This document shows, in pieces, positions 6,979-13,904 of a DNA stretch of 45,019 bases. The notes beneath the pieces are model-generated. The model saw only the letters and a program-made list of their open reading frames with translations. It did not search any database and had not been told where the DNA came from. The translations under genes and the position numbers were made by a program. Source of the stretch: an uncultured Bifidobacteriaceae bacterium (GTDB lineage Bacteria; Acidobacteriota; Vicinamibacteria; Vicinamibacterales; CAVVIG01). The stretch spans positions 1 through 45,019 of the forward strand of contig CAZOIK010000131.1 of NCBI GenBank assembly GCA_964579765.1, in the 5' to 3' direction. How positions within the stretch are numbered: the first letter of the stretch is position 1; the number at the start of each line of letters is the position of its first letter.

Positions 6979-7062
6979 CGGCGATTTGGTGATCCGGCGA
7001 TTGGGTGATTTGAAGTTGGAGCGGCCGATCTGACAGGGCCCATCACCGCATCGCCAAATCAC
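6979..7062. repeat. Cluster of short direct and inverted repeats (cggcgattKggtgat x2, plus inverted atcgccaaatcac)
   Basis: cggcgatttggtgat (6979-6993) and cggcgattgggtgat (6995-7009) are tandem. atcaccgcatcgccaaatcac (7042-7062) contains the reverse-complement motif. The cluster lies upstream of tRNA-His (minus) and of the 7109 gene (plus). Confidence 0.5.
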
Positions 7063-7108
7063 GAGCTTATCAGATTTTAGTCGGGCGTGTGACGCGGCCG
7101 CCGCGTCC

Positions 7109-8005
7109 ATGTATTACGCTGTCGGGATGTATGTGCCGCGCACCGCTGCTCTCGTCGCGGCCGCAGCAATCGCCGCGGCCTCGGCCACGGGCGCGCCCGC
7201 CAAAGATCCGCCGATTGATCTCCAGGGCCTGCTCGGCCGCGTCGGCGAGCGCGTCGAAGCTTACTACCAGCGCGCGCAGAGTATCGTCTGCACGGAGATC
7301 GTCCGCTTGCAGTCGATGAGCAACGATTTCTCCTCGTCCGATCCGCACGTCCGCCGCCTCGAGTACGAGCTGCGCGTATCGTGGGACAAGTCGGACAACG
7401 GCGAGGCCCCCGACGCGAACGTGCTGCGCACGCTCAAGACGATCGACGGACGGCCGCCCAAGCCGGGCCAGGAGCCAGGCTGTCTCGATCCGAAGCCCGT
7501 TTCACTCGACCCGCTGTCGTTCCTGCTGCCGCAGCACCAGCACGAGTACACCTTCACCTACAAAGGCATCGGCAAAGCCGGCGACGGACGCACGGGCGTG
7601 ATGATCGACTACGTCCCCGCCGGCAAGCCGCCGGCGCGCGTCGAATGGCACGACTCGTGTGTGTCGATCGACGTCCCGCAGCAGACGCGCGGGCGCGTGT
7701 GGATCGATCGCTTCGGCGGCGACGTGCTGCGCATCGACGAAACCGTGTTCGGCCCGTACGACATCCGCGTGCCCGACGACCAGCAGCGAAACGGCGCCGG
7801 TCCGTACCTGCGGCTGGACCGCGCCGACTCGTCGATCCGTTATCGGCCCGTCACGTTCACCGATCCTGACGAGATCGTTCTACTGCCGTCATCGATCGAG
7901 ATGATGACCGTGATTCGCGGATCAGGCTCGCCACGCCTGCGGACGACGCAGACGTTCACGAATTATCAGCGCTTCGTCACCGGGGGACATCTCGTGAGCC
8001 AGTAG
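7109..8005 (+). CDS. Secreted hypothetical protein (possibly LolA-like fold)
   Basis: Signal-peptide-like MYVPRTAALVAAAAIAAASATGAPA (alternative ATG 7127). The motif TRGRVWIDRFGGDVLRIDE resembles FVGRIWIEDRDYALVRF in the N-terminal half of the M48 protein at 26525. The TAG stop lies inside a REP element. Confidence 0.7.
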   Translation: MYYAVGMYVPRTAALVAAAAIAAASATGAPAKDPPIDLQGLLGRVGERVEAYYQRAQSIVCTEIVRLQSMSNDFSSSDPHVRRLEYELRVSWDKSDNGEAPDANVLRTLKTIDGRPPKPGQEPGCLDPKPVSLDPLSFLLPQHQHEYTFTYKGIGKAGDGRTGVMIDYVPAGKPPARVEWHDSCVSIDVPQQTRGRVWIDRFGGDVLRIDETVFGPYDIRVPDDQQRNGAGPYLRLDRADSSIRYRPVTFTDPDEIVLLPSSIEMMTVIRGSGSPRLRTTQTFTNYQRFVTGGHLVSQ

Positions 8006-8051
8006 TGCAGACCTCCAGGTCTGCATCCGCGCGGCAGGCCTGAAGACCTGC
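8006..8051. repeat. REP-like hairpin pair
   Basis: tgcagacc-tcca-ggtctgca (8006-8025) and gcaggcc-tgaa-gacctgc (8034-8051) lie directly after stop TAG 8003-8005. Confidence 0.8.
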
Positions 8052-8085
8052 ACGACATCAGCGCGTCGTCCCTGAAAGGGCCGCC

Positions 8086-8499
8086 CTACGAGAGCGCGTC
8101 GATGCCGGCTTTCGCGCACTGGCCGTCCTGCTGGCTCGTGCCGCCCGAGACGCCGATCGCGCCGACGATCTTGTCGCCGATCGCAATCGGCAAGCCGCCT
8201 TCGACCGGCACGGCGCCCGCGATGCCGAGGATGCGCAGGCCGTCCGGCGTCGCCGTGAGCGCGTCCTGAAATGCCTTCGTCGGACGCTTGAACCGCGCGG
8301 CCGACCGTGCCTTCGCCTGCGCGACGTCCACGCTGCCGGTCTGCGTCTCGTCCATCTTCTCGAAGCAGACCAGGTCGCCCGCGGCATCGACGACGGCGAC
8401 CGCCATCGTCCAGCCGTTCTTCTGCGCTTCCGCCAGTGCCGCCGCGACGGCGCGCTTCGCCGACGCGAGATGAATCGCTGAGCCGTATGCCTGTACCAT
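8086..8499 (-). CDS. GlcG/HbpS-like (DUF336) heme-binding protein
   Basis: MVQAYGSAIHLASAKRAVAAALAEAQKNGWTMAVAVVDAAGDLVCFEKMD...GGLPIAIGDKIVGAIGVSGGTSQQDGQCAKAG is the typical family pattern. Start is placed at M57 of the track ORF (ATG at 8499). Confidence 0.8.
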   Translation of the reverse strand: MVQAYGSAIHLASAKRAVAAALAEAQKNGWTMAVAVVDAAGDLVCFEKMDETQTGSVDVAQAKARSAARFKRPTKAFQDALTATPDGLRILGIAGAVPVEGGLPIAIGDKIVGAIGVSGGTSQQDGQCAKAGIDALS

Positions 8500-8509
8500 G
8501 TGCGCGATT

Positions 8510-9889
8510 ATGACGGAAACGGGCGCGCGCTTCCGCCTGCCGCATCCGGTGATCCTGCTCGGCGCCGCCGTGCTGCTGGCCGCCGTCCTCACCTGGATCC
8601 TGCCGGCCGGGCAGTACGACCGCCGCGACGATCCGGCGACCGGCCGACACGTGGTCGTGGCCGGCACGTATCACGCGACGCCGGCGGCGCCGGTCGGTCC
8701 CTTCGCGGCCGCTGTCGCCTTCCCGCGTGGATTCATCGCGGCGGCTGACGTCATCGTCCTCGTCCTGCTCGTCGGCGGCGCGTGGGTCGTCGTCGATCGA
8801 CTGGGCACGTTGCCCGCCGTCGTCGGCTGGCTGGTCGATCGTTTCGAGCGCCGTGGCCTCGTCGTGATCCCGATCATCGCGGTCTTCTTCGGCGCGATGG
8901 GCGCGCTCGAGAACATGCAGGAAGAGATCATCCCGCTCGTGCCGGTGCTGATGGTGCTCGGCGCAGGCATCGGCGTGGACGCGGTCACCGTCGTCGCGAT
9001 GAGCCTCGGCGCGGCGGCCGTCGGGAGCGCGTTCGGGCCGACGAATCCGTTTCAGGCCGGCATCGCGCTCAAGCTCGCGCAACTGCCGCCGCTCGGCCGC
9101 GGCGGCCTGCGACTGACGATGCTCGTCGCCGGCCTGGCGGTCTGGATCGCGCTGACGATGATGCATGCGGCGCGGCATCGGCGGGATGTCCGGCTGAAGC
9201 CGGACTCCACAACACCGGCCGCCCGAAGGCCGGGCCCCACAACGCCGGGCTTCGCACGCGTGTCGTCGCGCCACTGGCTGGTGATGGCGATCATCGTGTC
9301 GCCGCTCGCGGCGTACGTGTACGGCGCGCTTCGACTCGACTGGGGATTGAACGAGCTGTCCGGCGCGTTTCTCGCCGCTGGTCTCGTCGCGGGTGTCGTC
9401 GGAGGCTTCGGCCTCACGCGGACGGTGACGACGTATCTCGACGGCATGATGAGCGTGCTGCCCGCGGCGGCCATGGTCGGCGTCGCCCGCAGCATCTCGC
9501 TCGTGCTGGACGACGGACGGGTGGTTGACACGATGTTGCACGCGCTCGTGACCCCGCTGGCGCGCGTGCCGGCAGTCGCCGCGGTCGTGTTGATGATCCC
9601 GGTACAGGCGCTCGTACACGTGCCGGTTCCGAGCGTCAGCGGCCAGGCGGTGCTCACGATGCCGCTCTTCGTGCCGATCGCGGATCTGCTGGCATTCTCG
9701 CGCGAGGCGGTCGTCCTCGCGTATCAGACAGGCGCCGGACTCTGCGAGCTCGTCACGCCGACCAACGGCGCGCTGATGGCCGTCCTGCTCGCGGCCGGCG
9801 TGTCGCTTCAGCGCTGGCTGCGGTTTGCCGTCGTCGGCGTCGCGGCGCTGGCGCTCTTGGGCCTCGTCGCCGCCGCCTTCGCGATGTAG
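8510..9889 (+). CDS. YfcC-family (DcuC/ArcD-like) membrane transporter
   Basis: N-terminus FRLPHPVILLGAAVLLAAVLTWILPAGQYDR is the hallmark YfcC opening. Polytopic membrane protein. The track start at 8498 would overlap the divergent ATG, so ATG 8510 is preferred. Confidence 0.75.
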   Translation: MTETGARFRLPHPVILLGAAVLLAAVLTWILPAGQYDRRDDPATGRHVVVAGTYHATPAAPVGPFAAAVAFPRGFIAAADVIVLVLLVGGAWVVVDRLGTLPAVVGWLVDRFERRGLVVIPIIAVFFGAMGALENMQEEIIPLVPVLMVLGAGIGVDAVTVVAMSLGAAAVGSAFGPTNPFQAGIALKLAQLPPLGRGGLRLTMLVAGLAVWIALTMMHAARHRRDVRLKPDSTTPAARRPGPTTPGFARVSSRHWLVMAIIVSPLAAYVYGALRLDWGLNELSGAFLAAGLVAGVVGGFGLTRTVTTYLDGMMSVLPAAAMVGVARSISLVLDDGRVVDTMLHALVTPLARVPAVAAVVLMIPVQALVHVPVPSVSGQAVLTMPLFVPIADLLAFSREAVVLAYQTGAGLCELVTPTNGALMAVLLAAGVSLQRWLRFAVVGVAALALLGLVAAAFAM

Positions 9890-9890
9890 C

Positions 9891-9908
9891 GCAGGCCTTC
9901 AGGCCTGC
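9891..9908. repeat. REP-like hairpin shared by two convergent genes
   Basis: gcaggcc-ttca-ggcctgc follows TAG 9887-9889 of the plus gene. Its loop and 3' arm contain the TGA (9899-9901) and the last codons of the minus-strand pabBC gene. Confidence 0.85.
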
Positions 9909-11659
9909 TTCGCGTCCGCCATCCTCAGCCCCTCAGGACTGCCGACGATCTGCGCGGGCCACCACTCGCGAACCGAGTTGACGATCCAGATCCGCGAGGC
10001 CGATGCGAGATCGTCGAGCGTCACGCGCGCTTCCACGATGTCACCGCGCTCGAGGAGCTCTTCCCGGAAGGTACCGGCGAGGAGTCCCGTGTCCACCGGC
10101 GGCGTGATCTTCCGTCCGCCGAGTTCGACGACGACGTTGCCGAGCGTCGATTCGGTGACCTCGCCCGACGGATTCCACAGCACGACGTCGTCGCAGTCGG
10201 GGAGCATCGCGTCCGCGTACACCGTCCGCTCGGTGGTCTTGTGGTAGAGCAGGACGTTCGAAGGATCGACCGGCGTGGCGGCGATGCCGAGCCGCGCCGG
10301 CTTCAGCCCCGCCGGCAGCGGCGTGCACTCGACATGTGGATCGCCGCTCGACGAGTACGTGAGGCGGACGCGCTGAGGAGCGGCCAGTCCTGACACGGCA
10401 CGCTCGAGCGCGCTCCTGACCGCGCCGTCGCGCCACGGATAGGCAAAATAGCCGGCCGATTGCGCCATGCGTCCGAGGTGCCGATCGAGCAGGAAGAATC
10501 CGCCCTCGGGCGTCCACTTCATCGTCTCGAGCAGGTCGAAGCGCCGCGGCTTTCGTATGAGGACGGCCGCTTTGAGCAGGCACTCCTGGTATTCGCTGCC
10601 GGGCTGTGAATCCCACACGATCCCGCTGCCGACGCCGAACGTGAGCGCACCCGACGCGACGTCGATGACCGCCGTGCGGATGGCGACGTTGAACTGCGCG
10701 CCGCCGTCCGGTGTGACGACGCCGATGGCGCCGGTGTACACGCCGCGCGGACGCCGCTCGATTGCGCTGATGATCTCCATCGTCCGCACCTTCGGCGCGC
10801 CCGTGACCGACGCCGACGGGTGCAGGGCGGCGAAGATCGACGCGAGATCGGCGGACGAGCGCGCCGTCACCGTCGATGTCATCTGCCAGATCGTCGGGTA
10901 GCGCTCGAGCGAAAAGAGCTCCGGCACGTCGACGGTGCCGGTCTCCGCGATGCGCCCGAGATCGTTGCGCATCATGTCCACGATCATGACGTTCTCGGCG
11001 CGCTCTTTCGGCGACTCGCGGAGCCGCGTCGCGACCTGCGCGTCCTCCTCGACCGTGCGTCCCCGTCTCGCGGTGCCTTTCATCGGCCGCGTCACGATCT
11101 CCTGGCCGGTGCGAGCGAAGAAGAGCTCCGGCGACGCCGAGCAGATGACGGTGGACCCAGTGTCGATGTACGCCGAGTACGACCCGCGCTGCGTCGCGAC
11201 GAGATCGGCAAACAAGCCGGCGGGGTCGCCGTCGAACCGGCCGCGCAGATCGAAGGTGTAGTTGACCTGGTAGGTATCGCCGCGGCCGATGTGATCGCGC
11301 ACGGTCGCGAACGCGGCGTCGAACGCCGCCTCGTCGATCGACGGCGTGAGTGCGCTCACGGCGTTGGACGCGGGCGCACACGGCTGCGTCTCGGTCGCCG
11401 ACGTGTGCTCGCGATCGAAGAGCGCGAACCACGCGAGCGGCAGAGTGGCGTCGGGCGGGCACGTCCGCAGGCCGAACGCGGCGCCGGCCTCGTAGGTGAC
11501 GAACCCGGCCGCGTACCAGCCGCGGTCGCGCGTCAGGCGCTCGACGTCGCGGAGCGCCGGCACGAGGCGCGCGGCGTCGCGCACCTCGATCACCTGCACG
11601 GGGTCGCGCATCGAGAGCCAGCGCGTCCCCGCGTCGATCTGGACAACCACCCGGGTCAC
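9899..11659 (-). CDS. pabB: Aminodeoxychorismate synthase component I fused to an aminodeoxychorismate lyase-like class IV aminotransferase domain
   Basis: The chorismate-binding core carries GDTYQVNYTF, SPELFF, RPMKGTARRG, ENVMIVDMMRNDLGRI and SVTGAPKVRTMEIISAIE..RGVYTGAIG. The C-terminal ~200 aa (FDLLETMKW..GFFLLDRHLGRM...VLWNPSGEVTESTLGNVV) is class IV aminotransferase/PabC-like. GTG start. Confidence 0.85.
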   Translation of the reverse strand: MTRVVVQIDAGTRWLSMRDPVQVIEVRDAARLVPALRDVERLTRDRGWYAAGFVTYEAGAAFGLRTCPPDATLPLAWFALFDREHTSATETQPCAPASNAVSALTPSIDEAAFDAAFATVRDHIGRGDTYQVNYTFDLRGRFDGDPAGLFADLVATQRGSYSAYIDTGSTVICSASPELFFARTGQEIVTRPMKGTARRGRTVEEDAQVATRLRESPKERAENVMIVDMMRNDLGRIAETGTVDVPELFSLERYPTIWQMTSTVTARSSADLASIFAALHPSASVTGAPKVRTMEIISAIERRPRGVYTGAIGVVTPDGGAQFNVAIRTAVIDVASGALTFGVGSGIVWDSQPGSEYQECLLKAAVLIRKPRRFDLLETMKWTPEGGFFLLDRHLGRMAQSAGYFAYPWRDGAVRSALERAVSGLAAPQRVRLTYSSSGDPHVECTPLPAGLKPARLGIAATPVDPSNVLLYHKTTERTVYADAMLPDCDDVVLWNPSGEVTESTLGNVVVELGGRKITPPVDTGLLAGTFREELLERGDIVEARVTLDDLASASRIWIVNSVREWWPAQIVGSPEGLRMADAKQA

Positions 11660-11683
11660 AGCCGCAGTCTACAATGATCGTCG

Positions 11684-12814
11684 ATGCAGACGGCGCGCTA
11701 CGGCGGAGCGAATGCGGCGGCGCCGCGCATTGCGGGGCACTTTGCGCGTCACATCTCTGCCGCGCAGCGCGACGGCCGTGTCGCCGGCCCGGCACCCTCT
11801 GTCGAGACCATCGAGACGATCGTCGATGCGGCGTTCTGGGCCAGTCTGCGCCGCGAAGAAGGCTTCGTCCCCAGGATTTCCCTCGCGTACCTGCCGCCCG
11901 AGCGCGCGCACCGGCCGTTGTTGTTCGAGCGTCCGCTGCCGCTCGCGCCCGCGGGACTGGCGAAGGTCGGGCCCGCCGTCGAACGCGCGGGCATTCACCT
12001 CGGTGTCTGGGAGCGCGACGGCGCCCTGTCGGTCTGGGGCACCACCCGGACGATTCCGATGTACTGCTTCGTCCTCGAGGTGAACTCGCCGGGGCTGCTC
12101 GTGATCAAGCACCATCGCGGCGAGGAGTCGGGCAAGTTCGTCAACGTCGCCGTGCTCGAGGGCGATCGGCTGATGATGATCGACGAGCGCGCGTCGAGCC
12201 TGCCCGATTGCCCGCCGCTGCTGACGTCGCTGCTCGGGTTCGACGCGCCGGCGTCGTGGGCCGACTCGGTGAACGTCCTCGTGCAGCTCGCCGCGTCGAT
12301 GCGCGGGCACAATCGCGGCGGCGCGCTCCTCGTCGTCCCGTCCGGCTCGACGTCGTGGCGCGAGTCGATCGTGCAGCCGGTCCCGTACGCGATCAGCCCC
12401 GCGTTCGCCGAGCTCGCCGATCTGATGAAAGACCCGCACAACGACAAGCGGCGCTGGCAGGAGGCGCTGGCGCGCGCCGTGGACGTCGTCGCCGGACTCA
12501 CGGCGGTCGATGGTGCGACGATCATCACCGACCGCTACGAGCTGCTGGCGTTTGGCGCCAAGATCGGTCGGCGCGACGGCGCACCGCGCATCGAGTCTGT
12601 GACGGTGACCGAGCCGATCGAGGGCTCGACGGCGACGACGATGAATCCGTCGGAGATGGGCGGCACGCGCCACCTGTCCGCGGCGCAGTTCGTTCACGAC
12701 CAGCAGAACGCCGTGGCGCTCGTCGCCTCGCAGGACGGACGATTCACCGTCTTCGCGTGGTCGCCCTGCGAGACGTCGGTGCACGCACACCGCGTCGAAG
12801 CGCTGCTGCTCTAA
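11684..12814 (+). CDS. DAC (diadenylate cyclase/DisA_N)-like domain protein with an uncharacterised N-terminal domain
   Basis: The C-terminal ~170 aa align by eye to DAC motifs: RGGALLVV (GALIVI), VDGATIIT (HDGAVII), GGTRHLSAAQF (GTRHRAA) and ALVASQDGRFTVF (VVSEETG.VS). The N-terminal ~190 aa carry no motif I can name. Confidence 0.7.
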   Translation: MQTARYGGANAAAPRIAGHFARHISAAQRDGRVAGPAPSVETIETIVDAAFWASLRREEGFVPRISLAYLPPERAHRPLLFERPLPLAPAGLAKVGPAVERAGIHLGVWERDGALSVWGTTRTIPMYCFVLEVNSPGLLVIKHHRGEESGKFVNVAVLEGDRLMMIDERASSLPDCPPLLTSLLGFDAPASWADSVNVLVQLAASMRGHNRGGALLVVPSGSTSWRESIVQPVPYAISPAFAELADLMKDPHNDKRRWQEALARAVDVVAGLTAVDGATIITDRYELLAFGAKIGRRDGAPRIESVTVTEPIEGSTATTMNPSEMGGTRHLSAAQFVHDQQNAVALVASQDGRFTVFAWSPCETSVHAHRVEALLL

Positions 12815-12850
12815 GGGGACCAGAGGAACCTTGGAACCCCTTCAACCTCG
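12815..12850. repeat. GGAACC/GGTTCC-rich intergenic repeat (copy 1)
   Basis: ggggaccagaggaaccttggaaccccttcaacctcg fills the whole gap between two convergent stops. Its reverse complement shares ggggttcca(g)aggttcc with 32571-32606. Confidence 0.6.
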
Positions 12851-13420
12851 TTATGTCAGTACGTCGTCGAGTCTCAGCGCGAACTCGGGCAGCACGCCAG
12901 ACTCGATGCGTTCGCCGCGAGCAAACTCCCGGCGGCTCGCAATGCCCCGACTGGTGTACGTCGGCGTGGGGAATCGGATGACGGCGATCGAGCGCTGATC
13001 CTGACGGACGAGCCAGCACTCCCGTACGCCGTACCGCCCGAACCACTCGACGCGTTCCTCCGTGCCGCCGATTCGCGGATAGGGCGACAGCACCTCGACG
13101 ACGAGATCGGGCGCGCCGCGGACGCGGTCGCGGACGATGGCGGCGCGCTCTTCGGAGACGAAAAAGAGATCAGGCTGCACGATCAGCGCGCGTTCCTCGT
13201 CGAGAACGACGTCGAGCGGCGCCACCCACACGCGGCCCAGCCCGCGCTCGCTGACGTGCGCGTTCAGCGCCAGCGCCAGCTGAAACACCGCCTGCTGATG
13301 ACGCGGCGTCGGCGAGTCGGCGGCGCGCAGCAGGCCGTAAACCAGTTCCATGGGCCTGAGCGTCTCCGGCGTCTTGGTGAAGTAGTCGTCAACGCTCATC
13401 AGAGACGGGGCAGGTGCCAT
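12851..13420 (-). CDS. Uma2-family (DUF820) putative endonuclease
   Basis: SVDDYFTKTPETLRPMELVYGLL...PLDVVLDE..IVQPDLFFV....APDLVVEVLSP.......K...Y...GV.E.W.V is the family pattern, with a PD-(D/E)xK-like D..EVLS motif. Start taken at ATG 13420; an alternative is 13441. Confidence 0.75.
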   Translation of the reverse strand: MAPAPSLMSVDDYFTKTPETLRPMELVYGLLRAADSPTPRHQQAVFQLALALNAHVSERGLGRVWVAPLDVVLDEERALIVQPDLFFVSEERAAIVRDRVRGAPDLVVEVLSPYPRIGGTEERVEWFGRYGVRECWLVRQDQRSIAVIRFPTPTYTSRGIASRREFARGERIESGVLPEFALRLDDVLT

Positions 13421-13500
13421 GGCGGACCTCGTGGATGACATTTCGACGACGACGATGCCATCGTCCGGACCAAGATGCAAGAGGAGCGATAATCTCCGGG

Positions 13501-13845
13501 ATGTCTGAGCGAGCGACGCGGGTTCGTGCGGCCGGCTGGATTGTGCTCGTCTGCGGGATTGCCGGCGCGTGCCTCTTCTACTGGATGCAGACCCGCACGA
13601 CGTCGGTGGCGCTCGACGAGCTGGTCGCCGGCTACCAGCGGGCGCGCGAGCGCAACATGGGCATCATGATGGGCACGCTGGGCGTCCAGATGACGCAGTG
13701 GATGGAGGCGTTCGAGCAGCCCGGCGTGCAGGCGGTGCTCATCGCCGCCACCTCCGGTCTCGTCGCCGCGATCTGCTTCCGCGTCGCGTGGCTGATGGAT
13801 CTGCCCGAGACCGACGAGCGGAGGTGGCCGACCGATTCCATGTAG
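13501..13845 (+). CDS. Small hypothetical membrane protein (2 predicted TM helices)
   Basis: ATG 13501. Hydrophobic segments are AAGWIVLVCGIAGACLFYWM and VQAVLIAATSGLVAAICFRVAWL. No family recognised. The TAG stop lies inside a REP element. Confidence 0.55.
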   Translation: MSERATRVRAAGWIVLVCGIAGACLFYWMQTRTTSVALDELVAGYQRARERNMGIMMGTLGVQMTQWMEAFEQPGVQAVLIAATSGLVAAICFRVAWLMDLPETDERRWPTDSM

Positions 13846-13846
13846 C

Positions 13847-13892
13847 GCAGGCCTTCAGGCCTGCCGGCCTGCAAGCGGACCTGAAGGTCCGC
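13847..13892. repeat. REP-like hairpin pair
   Basis: gcaggcc-ttca-ggcctgc (13847-13864), a 10-nt spacer, then gcggacc-tgaa-ggtccgc (13875-13892). The same two-hairpin architecture occurs at 33124-33167. Confidence 0.85.
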
Positions 13893-13904
13893 CCTCCATC
13901 GCAC

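Noticed and set aside
7922-9619. 565-aa minus-strand ORF
   Set aside because: It overlaps the GlcG-like gene in another frame and is antisense to the YfcC transporter. It has an extreme R/D/H/G composition.
10041-11795. 584-aa minus ORF in an alternative frame of pabBC, plus the plus-strand ORFs 10820-11677 and 11674-12981
   Set aside because: Arg/Ala/Gly-rich translations with no motifs. The competing frames carry unmistakable PabB/PabC and DAC-like signatures.
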